A DNA stretch of 49,922 nucleotides from an uncultured Opitutales bacterium. GTDB taxonomy: Bacteria > Verrucomicrobiota > Verrucomicrobiia > Opitutales > CAJWYM01. Shown here piece after piece: positions 24,924-36,660 of this stretch (its first letter is position 1; each line of letters starts with the position of its first letter). The stretch lies in the NCBI GenBank assembly GCA_963924785.1, contig CAWUTK010000033.1:1-49922 (forward strand). The letters are read 5' to 3'. The notes under the pieces were generated by a model that was not told the origin of the DNA, searched no databases, and worked only from the letters and a program-made list of their open reading frames with translations. The position numbers and the translations under genes are program-made.

Positions 24924-25293
24924 TATATTCGATAAAAGCATAAATTGCCTCCGTTGTTTCTGGTTCAAATGCAAAAGCGTACTCATTTGCAGTAGTTTCT
25001 AGTTCGATAAATTCATCCTGGAGTTCAAGTTCATGAACGTAGGAAGTTAGGAAGTCATCATTTGGAATGGGGCCCTGATCGTTAAAGAAAGTCGCAAGGC
25101 CAATCATACCGCAAATAACAGCGGCAATAAGGGCGAGATTTTGTTTCCAATTCTGAAAATCAATTATTTTAGATTGATTTGTTGGTTGTTTGATCGTGAT
25201 CTTTTTAACTTTGGCATCAAAGTTTGCGCTCGAATTACTAACTTTTTTTCCAAGAATTAGATCGAGATCCTCATCTGTTATTTTTTCTTTCAT
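24913..25293 (-). CDS. putative single-pass anti-sigma factor
   Basis: 126 aa, one central TM helix (LALIAAVICGMIGLATFF). ATGA overlap with the ECF sigma gene stop. Assignment is based on position. Confidence 0.5.
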   Translation of the reverse strand: MKEKITDEDLDLILGKKVSNSSANFDAKVKKITIKQPTNQSKIIDFQNWKQNLALIAAVICGMIGLATFFNDQGPIPNDDFLTSYVHELELQDEFIELETTANEYAFAFEPETTEAIYAFIEYNEI

Positions 25294-25892
25294 AATAAAT
25301 TCTCCATTTCTTCTTTTAATTTTTTTCTACCTCTAAATAGAAGTGTCCTTAGAGTGTTTTCTGTAACATCAAGCATTTCAGCTATTTCTGAATAGTTTAA
25401 GTCTTGTTGTTTCAAAAGTAATAGTGGGGTGCGGTATTTTTCTGGAATTTTATCAAGTGCCATCATGAGCGTTGATTCAAGTTCGTTTAGGCTAGTTTCT
25501 CGTTCAGTATTAATTGGGCTTAAGTAATGTAAGTCTTCCGGCGGTAATGTTGTGAGAGGGCGACAGGCTTTTTTTCTATGCTCTGAAATCAGTAAGCGCC
25601 GTGCGATACTGAATATGTATGACGAGAATTTACGTTGTGATGAGTAACGATCAGCTGCATTGTAGACTTTTGAGAGTGTTCTAACGGCTAAGTCTTCTGC
25701 ATCTTCTCGGGAACCTGTTGAACGGTAAAGAAAACTAATTAGAGGCAGTTTCCATTTTTCGAATAGCTGAGTTGCCGCAGATTCACTACCATCCGCAATT
25801 GCCTGCATCAGGTTATCATCTTCATTCATAATGATAGCTTCATCCTTGGTGTCGAACAGGGTAATGTTGGGTATTAGTGTGCAATCGCTCAT
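25290..25892 (-). CDS. ECF-type RNA polymerase sigma-70 family factor
   Basis: Region 2 (REDAEDLAVRTLSKVY, FSSYIFSIARRLLISEHRK) and region 4 HTH (LNYSEIAEMLDVTENTLRTLLFRGRKKL). The start may be the internal Met 21 codons downstream. Confidence 0.85.
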   Translation of the reverse strand: MSDCTLIPNITLFDTKDEAIIMNEDDNLMQAIADGSESAATQLFEKWKLPLISFLYRSTGSREDAEDLAVRTLSKVYNAADRYSSQRKFSSYIFSIARRLLISEHRKKACRPLTTLPPEDLHYLSPINTERETSLNELESTLMMALDKIPEKYRTPLLLLKQQDLNYSEIAEMLDVTENTLRTLLFRGRKKLKEEMENLL

Positions 25893-26014
25893 TACCTAAC
25901 ATAAACGCAGGAAAAATATGATTGTTGCAAAATTGTGGGTGACGTTCGGTTAATAAAATTGATGGAAGAGGGTTTTTAATGCTATAACCTGTTTATATTG
26001 ATATTCTTATGTGT

Positions 26015-27172
26015 TTATTTGCTAGATGTTAACCTAGCGCCTTTCCCGGGTTTTGTCATGAAAAATTCAACGGGGTGACCGAATTTTTCAGTGTATTTTT
26101 TCTGTATTTCTTCTGCCTGTTCAGTTGTGTAATTAGCCGTTGTCATCGCCATAGAGGCACCACCAAAACCACCTCCTGACAGCCTAGCTCCTAAGACATT
26201 GGGTTGTGCCATTAGATTTTCTACTAGGAAATCGAGTTCGGCCGTGCTGTTTTCAAATAAATTTTGCGAACTAAGATGAGAGGCATGGAGGTTTTTTCCG
26301 ATAAGTTCTATATTCTTTTCGCCTAATAGCTTAAGGACATCTTTCACGCGTTCATTTTCAAAAATAATATGTTCTGCTCTCTTTTTAATATCTCCTGTGA
26401 GGGCGTGTTGGTGCTTTTCCCAGTCTGCTTTGTTAAGTTCGCATAAGTTTTTAAGACTAGGAATGTCTTTTTTTAGAATTTTAACTGCGTTCATGCACTC
26501 GGTGTGGCGAGTTGAATAAAGTGAGTCCACGAGAGAGTGTTTACTGTGAGTGTTGAAAACCCATAGGTTAACGGGTTGGCTAAAAGGATAAATGTCGAAA
26601 AATTCTTTATCGCAATCGATGAAAACAAGTTGGTTTTCTTCTCCGTGTGCGGATACGCCTTGGTCTAGAATGCCGCAAGGCACACCCACGAATTCATTTT
26701 CTGCTTTGCGTGATACCTGTGCGAGCGCTTTTTTATCTAAAGGGAAATCGAATAGTTTTGTTAAAATATAGGCTGTAGAGAGTTCCATTGCGGCACTGCT
26801 ACTCAAACCTGCACCTACGGGCAGATTGCTATCATAGGCTATTTCAAAACCAGATGTAGCGGTCATCCCTTTGTCGATAAGACATTTTAAAACCCCTAGA
26901 GGGTAATTAACCCAATTGTCATCGCCTTCAATCGCCTTTATGGAGTCGAGGTTTGTTTCGTAGACTTTCTTGGAAGCGGTGCTGATTAAGCAAATTTTAT
27001 TGTCGTTTCGAGAAGCTCCTGCCGCTGAGATACCTTCGGTTGTCGCAACGCCTAGAACATTCCCGCCATTGTAGTCGGTATGATTCCCTATGAATTCAAT
27101 GCGTCCAGGTGCGAAAGATTCACATTGGCTGTTTTTTGAAAATGTATCTGAAAAGAAAGATGATATATTCAT
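26015..27172 (-). CDS. galK: galactokinase
   Basis: Galactokinase signature APGRIEFIGNHTDYNGG and GHMP motif PVGAGLSSSAAMELS. The track start is a TTG at 27247; the ATG at 27172 (MNISSFF...) is preferred. Confidence 0.9.
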   Translation of the reverse strand: MNISSFFSDTFSKNSQCESFAPGRIEFIGNHTDYNGGNVLGVATTEGISAAGASRNDNKICLISTASKKVYETNLDSIKAIEGDDNWVNYPLGVLKCLIDKGMTATSGFEIAYDSNLPVGAGLSSSAAMELSTAYILTKLFDFPLDKKALAQVSRKAENEFVGVPCGILDQGVSAHGEENQLVFIDCDKEFFDIYPFSQPVNLWVFNTHSKHSLVDSLYSTRHTECMNAVKILKKDIPSLKNLCELNKADWEKHQHALTGDIKKRAEHIIFENERVKDVLKLLGEKNIELIGKNLHASHLSSQNLFENSTAELDFLVENLMAQPNVLGARLSGGGFGGASMAMTTANYTTEQAEEIQKKYTEKFGHPVEFFMTKPGKGARLTSSK

Positions 27173-27334
27173 GGCGTTCGTTTTAACTAATTGAATTTGA
27201 AAAAGTTGGCTAAGCCAACATTTCTTTAGAAAAATCTGCAAGATCAAAAACCGTTGATTATAATAGCATGATTTTCAAAAACGTGTGGCTAAATGGTTGT
27301 CAAATATTGGAGCATTGATAGGTTTTTCTCTTAG

Positions 27335-28006
27335 ATGAAGGATTGGAGGGACATAAAGTTACATTTTTTAGATTTTGAAGGAGGTGTTGGGACCGGTGTT
27401 ATCGAATATGGTTACGTAACTCTTTTAAATGGGAAAATTCAAGAGACTCAGACGGGATTTTGTAAACCAATTTGTAGCGTTCCTGAGATTGAATTTCGGC
27501 AACATGGAATTTCTGATACATTTTTGAAAGATGAGACAGAGTTTTTTTCAGAGAAATTCATTGAGTTTGCTGAATTGCGAGAAAGTGGTCTATTCGGAGC
27601 CCATCATGCGAGCGTGGAAAGTAATTTCATTAAGCGCGTTTGGGCATATCCACGCAAATCTCCAGATTTTCTTGATGGCGACCCTTCCTATTTCTCTTGG
27701 GGGCCGTGGGTGGATACTTATAAGTTGTTCTTAAATACATGTCCAGGGCTAGAGAGTTACAAGCTGTCTGATTTGATTAATTATTTTAAACTGAGTGAGA
27801 CCTTGGAAGATCTCGGTGCTCGGTATTGTTCCAGTCGGAGAAAGAAATATCATTGTGCGCTTTATGATGCAATTGCTTCAGCTCTTTTATTTATGGCTTT
27901 AATTGAATTAAAGAAATCGGAAAAAATTACGCTACGCTGGCTGTTGGCGAATAGTTGCTCTCAATCGAAGAAACAAGCAGATTTTCAGCAAATGGATTTG
28001 TTTTAG
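27335..28006 (+). CDS. DEDDh-type 3'-5' exonuclease (DnaQ-like)
   Basis: Exo I FLDFEG, Exo II-like GAHHASVESNF, and Exo III HCALYDA (H-x4-D). Confidence 0.7.
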   Translation: MKDWRDIKLHFLDFEGGVGTGVIEYGYVTLLNGKIQETQTGFCKPICSVPEIEFRQHGISDTFLKDETEFFSEKFIEFAELRESGLFGAHHASVESNFIKRVWAYPRKSPDFLDGDPSYFSWGPWVDTYKLFLNTCPGLESYKLSDLINYFKLSETLEDLGARYCSSRRKKYHCALYDAIASALLFMALIELKKSEKITLRWLLANSCSQSKKQADFQQMDLF

Positions 28007-29463
28007 TGGAGGAAATTATAGAGAGCGGTCGCGGTTTTATCTCCAAAACCATCTATTTTCATAATGTCAGAGGCGTTGGCTTTTTTTAATTTTGCTAAAC
28101 TGCCAAAATGCGAAAGTAGAACTTTTTTCTTTTTGTCTCCTAGTCCGCTAAAGTCGTCAAGAATGGATTCCTTGATTCGTTTTGACCGTAAATCAGCATT
28201 AAATGAATTTGCAAAACGATGGGCTTCATCTCGGATTTGTTGCAGGCATTGAAGGGCCGGGTTCCGAATGGAGAGGTTTAAGTCCATTTTATTATCGGCA
28301 AAGACAATGGTTTCCTCCCTCTTAGCGAGCCCGATTATCATGGGTATTTCAGTGGGGATATTTTCGAAGGCGTTTAGTGCGGAACTAAGTTGCCCCTGTC
28401 CTCCATCAATAACGATAAGATCGGGCAATGTTTTCTTCTCTCGGAAAAGTCTGCGGTAGCGCCGCCCTACGACTTCTTCCATTGAGAGGTAATCATCATT
28501 GCCGGCAGTGTGTTTGATTTTAAATCTGCGGTATTGGTTTTTGTCTGGTTTCCCGTTTCTGAATTGAACCATTGAGGCGACGACGAAAGTCCCGGAAATG
28601 TGAGAGATGTCAAAGCATTCAATGTGTTTGGGCAGCACGGGGAGTTTTAAAATATTTTTTAAAGTTAATAGCAGTTCCTTTGGGTCATCTTGAGGTTTTA
28701 TGGAGCGTTCAAATTTTCGAGTTTTTAAAATGGTTTTTCTTAGGGCATTGATGATGTCGCGTAATTCGGCTGCTTTTTCGAAGCGTAAATTTTCTGAAGC
28801 TTTCTCCATTTCGACTTCAAGATCTTTAAGCCATTCCCGCGATTTTCCATCGAGGAATTCGCAGGCCTTTATTACCCGTTCTCGGTATTCTTCGACGGTT
28901 ACTTCGTTTGGGTGGCCATAGATTTCATTTCTGGCATCAGTATAAAGAACGTACTGGTTATCGTTGATTTTTTTAGGGTTTCCATCGTTTAATAATACGC
29001 CGAATTTCCGCCGAATTTCTGCAAGGGTCTTTTTAAGAGGACCGGAAAACGGGAAGGGGCCAAAGTATTGAGATCTTCGATCTTTACGATGTCTTGTTAG
29101 TGTAAAGCGAGGGAGTTCTTGAGCCATGTTGACTTGAACCATGAGGAATCGTTTGTCGTCAACAAATTCGGTATTATATTTGGGTTTATTTTCTTTGATG
29201 GCTTTGCTTTCGAGTAGCAAGGCCTCAGGCTCCGATAAGACTTCAATGAATGAAAAATCGTAGATGGAGTCGATGAGCGCGGCGATTTTAGGTTGTGATA
29301 CTTGGGACTTTCTTGAGGCTTGAAAATAACTAGAAACACGAGTTTTTAGATTTTTCGCTTTGCCGACATATATGATAGTCCCTAGGCGGTCTTTCATAAA
29401 ATAGACGCCTGGTTTTTGCGGTAATGCTCGAACCTTTTCTTTAAGTAAGTTTTTGGAAGTCAT
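28003..29463 (-). CDS. uvrC: excinuclease ABC subunit C (compact form)
   Basis: GIY-YIG (PGVYFMKD..IIYVGKAKNLKTRV), UVR domain (FEKAAELRDIINAL), RNase H-like endonuclease domain (IECFDISH, VIDGGQGQL), and C-terminal (HhH)2. Confidence 0.85.
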   Translation of the reverse strand: MTSKNLLKEKVRALPQKPGVYFMKDRLGTIIYVGKAKNLKTRVSSYFQASRKSQVSQPKIAALIDSIYDFSFIEVLSEPEALLLESKAIKENKPKYNTEFVDDKRFLMVQVNMAQELPRFTLTRHRKDRRSQYFGPFPFSGPLKKTLAEIRRKFGVLLNDGNPKKINDNQYVLYTDARNEIYGHPNEVTVEEYRERVIKACEFLDGKSREWLKDLEVEMEKASENLRFEKAAELRDIINALRKTILKTRKFERSIKPQDDPKELLLTLKNILKLPVLPKHIECFDISHISGTFVVASMVQFRNGKPDKNQYRRFKIKHTAGNDDYLSMEEVVGRRYRRLFREKKTLPDLIVIDGGQGQLSSALNAFENIPTEIPMIIGLAKREETIVFADNKMDLNLSIRNPALQCLQQIRDEAHRFANSFNADLRSKRIKESILDDFSGLGDKKKKVLLSHFGSLAKLKKANASDIMKIDGFGDKTATALYNFLH

Positions 29464-30703
29464 TGCCCGAAGGTCTTTGAAAAACTTTTAAGTCAAAAGA
29501 ATGAATGACAGAGAGAAGATGATCAAAAATATCAGCTTGAATGGCTTCGTAGTTCGCCCAAACAATGTCATTTGTGAAGACATATATTTCAAGGGGTAAG
29601 CCGTGATCTGTCGGGGCCAATTGTCTGATGAGGAATGTCATGTCTTTGTGTATTTTGGGGTGGTTTTTCAGATAGGCTATACAGTAAGCCCTAAAGCAAC
29701 CAATATTGGTCATCCTTCGTCCGTTAAGGAGTTCTTTTTCGTCTATATTGTTTTCTTTGTTGAAAGTGTTAATTTCAGTTTCGCGTTCATTCATGTAAGT
29801 GTTGAGAATGGCAAAGTCTTTAAATCGTTTAATTTGTTCGTTGCTTAAAAAAGAGACAGTTTGCATATCAATATCAAGAGAGCGTTTAATGCGTCGTCCT
29901 CCTGAAAGTGACATTCCTTTCCAGTTTTTAAAGGAATCGGATATCATTGCATAGGCAGGGATGAAGGTGATGGTCTTATCCCAGTTTTGAACTTTTATGG
30001 TGGTGAGAGTTATTTCCATTACATCTCCATCTGCACCGTATTTGGGCATTTCGATCCAATCACCTTTAGCGATCATGTTGTTGAACATAATCTGAAGACC
30101 TGCAACAAAGCCTAAGATGGTGTCCTTGAAGATCAACATTAGGATGGCGGTTAATGCCCCTAAACTGGAAAAAATCAATGTGGGAGATTTGTTGAAGCAA
30201 ATTGAAATGATGTATATAAAGCCGAAAATATTAACGATTATCTTGATCGCTTGAACAAACCCATTGATTGCGAATCGCTTAGAAATATTTGATCGTTGGA
30301 AAAACAGGACGACTGAGTTTAGTATGGCGTCTATTATAGAGAGGGTGATGATGATGATATATATGTTTACGCCGGTTGTGATAAGGGCGATAAGGGTTGA
30401 AGAGTTGTAAAAGAATATTGGAGTGAGGGCATTGATGACGATGGCAGGGATTAGTCGGGCAATGCGTTCGGGAAGTTTGCTGTTTAATAAAACATCATCA
30501 ATTTCGGTTTTGCTGTGTTTAACAAATATCCTGAGGGTGTTTAGAAAAAAGTTTTTGGCGATATACCTAGAAATGTAAGCGATCAATATTATCACGAAGG
30601 CGCTCAGCGCCAGAATGATTATGTGTGAGACTTGGTCATTCATTCCAAAGTGATCGATTAGAAAATTGTTAAATGTAAGGCTATAACTTTTAAATGTATT
30701 CAT
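29441..30703 (-). CDS. mechanosensitive channel, MscS family (YbdG/MscM-like)
   Basis: 420 aa, 5 TM segments. KGDWIEMPKYGADGDVMEITLTTIKVQNWDKTITFIPAYAMIS matches the MscS-type beta domain. Confidence 0.85.
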   Translation of the reverse strand: MNTFKSYSLTFNNFLIDHFGMNDQVSHIIILALSAFVIILIAYISRYIAKNFFLNTLRIFVKHSKTEIDDVLLNSKLPERIARLIPAIVINALTPIFFYNSSTLIALITTGVNIYIIIITLSIIDAILNSVVLFFQRSNISKRFAINGFVQAIKIIVNIFGFIYIISICFNKSPTLIFSSLGALTAILMLIFKDTILGFVAGLQIMFNNMIAKGDWIEMPKYGADGDVMEITLTTIKVQNWDKTITFIPAYAMISDSFKNWKGMSLSGGRRIKRSLDIDMQTVSFLSNEQIKRFKDFAILNTYMNERETEINTFNKENNIDEKELLNGRRMTNIGCFRAYCIAYLKNHPKIHKDMTFLIRQLAPTDHGLPLEIYVFTNDIVWANYEAIQADIFDHLLSVIHSFDLKVFQRPSGNDFQKLT

Positions 30704-30822
30704 TGGATACTTTTCGGTTGTGGAAATTAAATTGTTATTAATAATAATGTCTTAACTTTAAAAAAAAATCGAGCAAATGAGTACAAGCCAGTGTTTGTAG
30801 TTATATTTAAAGATAACTTATT

Positions 30823-31569
30823 ATGAGTGAAGAGTTGAAGGATAAAGTGGCATTGGTCACAGGAGCAGGAAGAGGAATTGGAAAGGCGATAGCCTTAGCG
30901 TTGGCATCGGCTGGGAGTAAGGTTATTTGCGTAAGCCGTTCTGAGGCAAACTGCAAGGGTGTTTCGGAAGAAATTATTGCGAACGGCGGAGAGGCTGATT
31001 TTAGAGCAGTGGATGTGTCTGATGGCGCAGCTGTTAAAGAAGCGTGCGAAGTGCTACTAGAAAAATATGAGACAATTGATATTCTTGTAAATAATGCAGG
31101 AATTACTCGAGATGGTTTGCTTTTTAGAATGTCAGATGATGATTGGCATGATGTTATGAACACGAATTTGTCTAGTTGTTTCTATTGGACGAAATATTTG
31201 GCGCGACCGATGACGAGAAAACGTTGGGGCAGAATTGTTAATATTTCTTCAGTGATTGGTTTAACTGGAAATGCGGGACAGGCAAATTATGCTGCAGCAA
31301 AAGCTGGCATGATCGGATTTTCAAAAAGTTTGGCTAAAGAATTTGCGGCCCGTTCTGTGACTGTGAATTCGATTGCTCCTGGATTTATTCAGACCGATAT
31401 GACGGCTGAACTAGATGAAAAAACAAAAGAAGCTATCATGAAGGTTATTCCACTCAAGCGGTTAGGGAATAGTTCCGATATCGCAGATATGACAAAATAT
31501 CTTTGTTCTCCTTCAGCAAATTATATCACCGGACAAGTTTTTACAGTTGACGGCGGTATGGTAATGTGA
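30823..31569 (+). CDS. fabG: 3-oxoacyl-ACP reductase
   Basis: ALVTGAGRGIGKAIA, NNAG, and YAAAKAG (SDR catalytic YxxxK). Located directly upstream of acpP-fabF. Confidence 0.95.
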   Translation: MSEELKDKVALVTGAGRGIGKAIALALASAGSKVICVSRSEANCKGVSEEIIANGGEADFRAVDVSDGAAVKEACEVLLEKYETIDILVNNAGITRDGLLFRMSDDDWHDVMNTNLSSCFYWTKYLARPMTRKRWGRIVNISSVIGLTGNAGQANYAAAKAGMIGFSKSLAKEFAARSVTVNSIAPGFIQTDMTAELDEKTKEAIMKVIPLKRLGNSSDIADMTKYLCSPSANYITGQVFTVDGGMVM

Positions 31570-31604
31570 GTAGAAATTTCGTGCAAACTAACTAGATTAC
31601 AATT

Positions 31605-31862
31605 ATGGCAGATACAAATATCCAAGAACGCGTAAAAAACATTATAGTTGATCAACTTAATGTAAATGAAGAGCAAGTAACTCCTGAGGCATCTTTCATG
31701 GATGACTTAAGTGCAGATTCACTTGATGTTGTTGAACTTATAATGGCATTAGAGGAAGAATTTAAAGAAGAGACTCAGGGTGAAATCCCTGAATCAGATG
31801 CTGAAAAGCTTACGACTGTTGGAGATGTTATTAAGTACATCGAAGATAAGTCTAATGCTTAA
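31605..31862 (+). CDS. acpP: acyl carrier protein
   Basis: 85 aa with the phosphopantetheine site [20 protein letters not shown]. Confidence 0.95.
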   Translation: MADTNIQERVKNIIVDQLNVNEEQVTPEASFMDDLSADSLDVVELIMALEEEFKEETQGEIPESDAEKLTTVGDVIKYIEDKSNA

Positions 31863-31902
31863 TATTTTAGCACTAAGTCTTTAATCAGAATAGGTAACGA
31901 CT

Positions 31903-33162
31903 ATGAGCGGATCGTTAACTAAGCCAAGGGTTGTAGTCACAGGGATGGGCGTTGTTTCATCTTTGGGTGAGACTGTCGGTGAGTTTTGGGGAAATGTATC
32001 AGCCGGAAAAAGTGGCTTAGCCTCCTTGAAGCGCTTTGATTCAACTGGTTACAATAGTACGGTCGCAGCTGAAGTTAGTGAAGAAGTCATTACTCGTCTT
32101 GTTGACCCAAAGATGATTAAGCGTAATGATCGTTATACACTTTTTGCACTTATTGCAGCTCGTCAAGCCGTTGCAGATTCTGGTATTGAGGTAACTGACG
32201 AAAACCGTAAACGTTGCGGTGTTTTGATTGGTTCTGGGATAGGTGGTATGGAGACCATTGAAAAGCAAGCTAGGATTCTGGCTGAACGTGGCCCGAGAAA
32301 AATTTCTCCGTTTATGATTCCTTCCATTATTTCTAATATTGCTGGAGGGATCGTTGCTATTGATACTGGTGCTCGAGGCCCAAACTTTGCAATTGTTAGT
32401 GCTTGTGCAACAGGGACTCATACTATTGGAGAGTCATATAAGATTCTTCAGAATGGTGAAGCCGACGTAATGATTGCGGGTGGAACAGAAGCGGCGATAA
32501 CAGGTTTAGGTTTTGCAGGGTTTTGTTCGATGAAGGCAATGAGCTCTCATTATAATGATGCTCCTGAGACAGCAAGTCGTCCATTTGATAAAAATAGAGA
32601 TGGTTTTGTTATGGGCGAAGGGGCAGGTGTTCTCGTAATGGAAACATTGGGAAATGCTCAAGCTCGTGGGGCTAATATTATTGCGGAAGTTACTGGTTAT
32701 GCGACAACTTGTGATGCCTATCATATTACATCTCCAGATCCAGAGTGCGGTGGTTTGGCAGAGTGTTTTCGTTTAGTATTGGAAAATTCGGGTAAAACGC
32801 CGGAAGATATCAGTTACATAAATGCGCATGGTACTTCAACGCAATTTAATGATAAATTTGAAACAAAAGCCATTAAAGAGGTTTTTGGAAAAGAAGCTTA
32901 TAATACTCCAGTGAGTTCAACCAAGTCTATGACAGGTCATTTACTCGGTGCTGCTGGTGCTATTGAAGCAGTGATCTGTTGTAAGGCAATTGAGACGAAT
33001 ATTGCACCACCAACGATTAATTATGAAACCCCCGATGAAGATTGTGACTTGGATTATATTCCAAATGTGAAACGGGAAATGGAAATAAACTCATGTTTGA
33101 GTAATAATTCCGGTTTTGGTGGCCATAACGCCAGTTTGATTTTCGATCGCTTTAAAGCGTAG
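31903..33162 (+). CDS. fabF: 3-oxoacyl-ACP synthase II
   Basis: Active-site Cys context IVSACATG; His residues in INAHGTST and GHLLGAAG. 419 aa. Confidence 0.95.
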   Translation: MSGSLTKPRVVVTGMGVVSSLGETVGEFWGNVSAGKSGLASLKRFDSTGYNSTVAAEVSEEVITRLVDPKMIKRNDRYTLFALIAARQAVADSGIEVTDENRKRCGVLIGSGIGGMETIEKQARILAERGPRKISPFMIPSIISNIAGGIVAIDTGARGPNFAIVSACATGTHTIGESYKILQNGEADVMIAGGTEAAITGLGFAGFCSMKAMSSHYNDAPETASRPFDKNRDGFVMGEGAGVLVMETLGNAQARGANIIAEVTGYATTCDAYHITSPDPECGGLAECFRLVLENSGKTPEDISYINAHGTSTQFNDKFETKAIKEVFGKEAYNTPVSSTKSMTGHLLGAAGAIEAVICCKAIETNIAPPTINYETPDEDCDLDYIPNVKREMEINSCLSNNSGFGGHNASLIFDRFKA

Positions 33163-33426
33163 TCAAGGAGAGTGCGAATAGCGCTTTGGGTTTGTTTGAA
33201 GATATCAAAAGCTGCATATACGTGTTTTTTAGGATCTTTGGGCCGAATGAAATAGCTTTTCTACCATTTTGTTCAACTTTTCTCCACACATTCCGTTTCA
33301 AGCGAGGAGAGCTTTATTATTTGTAGTGAACATTAGGGCTTAAATATCTTTAAGTTTTAGGTTTTTAGAATTGAATCTTTTGGGAGGATTAAATTTACTG
33401 CCATGGTAGAATTAAAATTTAGATAA

Positions 33427-36400
33427 ATGCCGAAACGTACTGATATAAAAACCATTCTTATTATTGGCTCTGGCCCTATCATTATTGGGCAAGCCTGTGA
33501 ATTTGATTACAGTGGAACTCAAGCTTGTAAGGCTTTGCGAGAAGAGGGCTATCGGGTCGTTCTTGTGAATAGTAACCCTGCAACGATTATGACGGATCCC
33601 GATTTTTCGGATGCGACTTATATTGAGCCGCTTACGATTGAATCTTTAGAGAAAATTATCATAAAGGAAAAGCCGGATTCATTGTTGCCTACATTGGGCG
33701 GGCAGACAGGGTTGAATCTTTCATTGGATTTGGCTAAAGCAGGAATTTTGGAAAAGTATGGCGTTCGGCTTTTAGCGGCAAATGTTGAGTCAATTAACAA
33801 AGGCGAGGATCGCCAGTTGTTTAAAGACGCGATGGTGAAGATCGGCTTAGATGTAGCGCGATCCGTTGTTGTTAAGTCTAGAGAAGAGGCTATTGGGGCA
33901 ATGGAGAAATTGAATGAATTCCCACTTATTATTCGTCCAAGTTTTACACTCGGTGGTAGTGGAGGAGGAATTGTTTACAACCGCGAAGAGTACGAGTCGA
34001 TGATCGTTAGTGGTTTAGATATTTCTCCAGTTGGCGAAGTTTTAGTTGAGGAGTGTTTGATTGGTTGGAAAGAGTATGAGATGGAGATCATGCGTGATTA
34101 TAAAGATCAGTGCGTTGTGATTTGCTCTATTGAAAATTTTGATCCTATGGGAGTCCATACGGGTGATTCAATTACGGTGGCTCCCGCGATGACTTTGACG
34201 GATAAGGAATTCCAGGTCATGCGTGATGCGTCGTTTGCTTGTATTCGTGAAATTGGGGTTGAGACTGGAGGTAGTAATATTCAGTTTTCTTTAAATCCTG
34301 AAAATGGCCGAATGGTTATTATTGAAATGAACCCTCGTGTATCAAGGAGTTCTGCTCTGGCATCAAAGGCGACGGGCTTTCCGATTGCTAAAATTGCAGC
34401 AAAATTGGCGGTGGGTTATAGTTTAGATGAGATTAAGAATGACATTACGCGAGAGACGCCTGCTTGTTTTGAGCCAGCTATTGATTATGTCGTGACAAAG
34501 ATGCCTCGCTTTACATTTGAAAAATTCCCCGGTTCGGATACATCGCTGACTTCTTCAATGAAGTCGGTTGGCGAGGCGATGGCTATAGGTAGAACTTTTA
34601 AAGAATCATTTCAAAAAGCCTTTAGATCACTTGAAACCGGTGCATGGGGTTTTGGTTGCGGTGGTGCTTTTGGCGGAACCGATTTACCGTTACGAGAAGA
34701 AGTCTTAAGTGAATTGCCGCGGCCTTCGGCAAATCGTGCGTTTTATGTTCGTTATGCTTATTTGATGGGAATGACGAATGAAGAGGTCTTTGAATTGACC
34801 GGTATTGACCCATGGTTTTTACAGCAATTGAGAGAAATTGTTGATTTGGAATTATTGCTTACAAAGTGTGATCTATCCACGGTTGATCCTGCCTTGTTTA
34901 AGGCGGCGAAATGTGCTGGTTTTTCTGATCGCCAATTGGGGCATGCATTTGGTGCTAGCTTGAATGATGTGACTGCAGAACGTAAAAAGCAGGGAATTAA
35001 TACAACTTATCGTTTGGTTGATACTTGTGCCGCAGAGTTTGAAGCTTTTACGCCTTATTATTATTCTTCTTATGGTGATGAGAATGAAGTTGCCCTATCG
35101 GATAAAAAGAAGGTGATGATTATCGGAGGAGGACCTAATCGTATTGGTCAAGGGATCGAATTTGATTATTGCTGTGTTCATGCGTCCTTTGCGCTGAAAG
35201 AAGCTGGCTTTGAATCAGTGATGGTGAACTCTAATCCGGAAACCGTTTCGACTGATTATGACACTTCGGATAGGCTTTATTTCGAACCGTTAACGCTGGA
35301 AGATGTTTTAGAAATTTATAGACAGGAAAATTGCGATGGGGTGATTGTACAGTTTGGCGGTCAAACGCCATTGTCATTGGCAACTGATCTTGAGGAAAAT
35401 GGAGTCCATGTTTTTGGAACAACACCCGATAGTATTGATTTGGCCGAAGATAGAGAGCGCTTTAAGAATATCATTGAAGAACTGGGTCTCCGCCAGCCTG
35501 TGAATAAAACAACTATGGTTGCGGAAGAAGCGATTGAGATGGCGAAAGAAATTGGCTATCCTGTGTTGCTGCGACCCTCCTTCGTTTTAGGGGGTAGAGG
35601 AATGTTCATCGTATACGATGAGACTGAATTAAAGGGCGTGGTGCGAGAAGCGTTTGAAGTCGCTCCAGGTCACCCAGTTTTGTTGGATAAATTTTTAGAA
35701 GACGCGTTTGAAATTGATGTTGATTGTATCAGTGATGGTGAGACAACTGTGATCGGTGGGATGTTGCAACATATTGAATATGCTGGCGTTCATAGCGGTG
35801 ATGCGGCGATGGTTTTACCGCCTCATGATTTAAGCGATAAGATATTGGAAGATATTAAAAAGGCGACTGAGTTACTTGCTACGGCATTGAAAGTGAAAGG
35901 TTTGATGAATGTCCAGTATGCGGTGAAGGATGATGAAGTCTTTATTATTGAAGTGAATCCTAGGGCGTCTCGAACGGTGCCATTTATTAGTAAGGCAATT
36001 GGTGTTCCTTTGGCCAAGCTTGCGGCAAGAGTCATGGTGGGAGAAACTTTGAAGGATTTAGGCTTTACTGAAGCGGTTGTGCCTGACCATTGGGCGGTAA
36101 AGGAAGCGGTGTTCCCTTTTGCGAAATTCCCTGGAACAACGATTTTCTTATCTCCTGAAATGCGAAGCACGGGAGAAGTTATGGGAATGGACAAGGATCT
36201 TGGTATTGCTTTTGCTAAAACTCAAATGGCTGCGAAGCCAGCATTGCCTTCGAGTGGGAATGTTTTCTTGTCTGTTAGAGATAGTGATAAGCCGCATGCG
36301 ATTGATCTTGCCCGTCGTTTGATTGAGTTAGGGTTTAGTATTTATTCAACCTCTGGGACGTTCGATATCTTAGAAAAAAATGGGCTTTCGGCAAAAAAGC

Positions 36401-36657
36401 TGTACCGCTTAAGTGAAGGACTTCGTCCAAATGTTATGGATATGATGAAAAATAATGACGTTGCGATGATCATTAATACTCCCGAGGGTCAGATGCCGAG
36501 GCAGGATGAAAATGCTATTCGCTCGGAAGCGGTGTTAAGGAGTATATCCTTAATGACAACTCTGGCTTCTGCAAAAGCGGCAGTCGATGGAATTTCAGCG
36601 TTGAAAAAACAAGATTTTACCGTTTGCTCTTTGCAAGAGTATTCAAAGAAAAGTTAA
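33427..36657 (+). CDS. carB: carbamoyl-phosphate synthase large subunit
   Basis: 1076 aa with duplicated ATP-grasp halves ([22 protein letters not shown] and [22 protein letters not shown]) and an MGS-like C-terminus. Confidence 0.97.
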   Translation: MPKRTDIKTILIIGSGPIIIGQACEFDYSGTQACKALREEGYRVVLVNSNPATIMTDPDFSDATYIEPLTIESLEKIIIKEKPDSLLPTLGGQTGLNLSLDLAKAGILEKYGVRLLAANVESINKGEDRQLFKDAMVKIGLDVARSVVVKSREEAIGAMEKLNEFPLIIRPSFTLGGSGGGIVYNREEYESMIVSGLDISPVGEVLVEECLIGWKEYEMEIMRDYKDQCVVICSIENFDPMGVHTGDSITVAPAMTLTDKEFQVMRDASFACIREIGVETGGSNIQFSLNPENGRMVIIEMNPRVSRSSALASKATGFPIAKIAAKLAVGYSLDEIKNDITRETPACFEPAIDYVVTKMPRFTFEKFPGSDTSLTSSMKSVGEAMAIGRTFKESFQKAFRSLETGAWGFGCGGAFGGTDLPLREEVLSELPRPSANRAFYVRYAYLMGMTNEEVFELTGIDPWFLQQLREIVDLELLLTKCDLSTVDPALFKAAKCAGFSDRQLGHAFGASLNDVTAERKKQGINTTYRLVDTCAAEFEAFTPYYYSSYGDENEVALSDKKKVMIIGGGPNRIGQGIEFDYCCVHASFALKEAGFESVMVNSNPETVSTDYDTSDRLYFEPLTLEDVLEIYRQENCDGVIVQFGGQTPLSLATDLEENGVHVFGTTPDSIDLAEDRERFKNIIEELGLRQPVNKTTMVAEEAIEMAKEIGYPVLLRPSFVLGGRGMFIVYDETELKGVVREAFEVAPGHPVLLDKFLEDAFEIDVDCISDGETTVIGGMLQHIEYAGVHSGDAAMVLPPHDLSDKILEDIKKATELLATALKVKGLMNVQYAVKDDEVFIIEVNPRASRTVPFISKAIGVPLAKLAARVMVGETLKDLGFTEAVVPDHWAVKEAVFPFAKFPGTTIFLSPEMRSTGEVMGMDKDLGIAFAKTQMAAKPALPSSGNVFLSVRDSDKPHAIDLARRLIELGFSIYSTSGTFDILEKNGLSAKKLYRLSEGLRPNVMDMMKNNDVAMIINTPEGQMPRQDENAIRSEAVLRSISLMTTLASAKAAVDGISALKKQDFTVCSLQEYSKKS

Positions 36658-36660
36658 AAT

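Noticed and set aside
33163-33426. 264-nt gene-free leader before carB (riboswitch, attenuator or ncRNA?), and carB without adjacent carA
   Set aside because: I recognise no conserved RNA motif, terminator/antiterminator pair or leader peptide by eye. Unlinked carA/carB occurs in several lineages.
30807-36194. Long antisense ORFs within fabG (30807..31163), fabF (32041..32421) and carB (35823..36194)
   Set aside because: Each lies opposite a highly conserved housekeeping frame. They are shadow ORFs.
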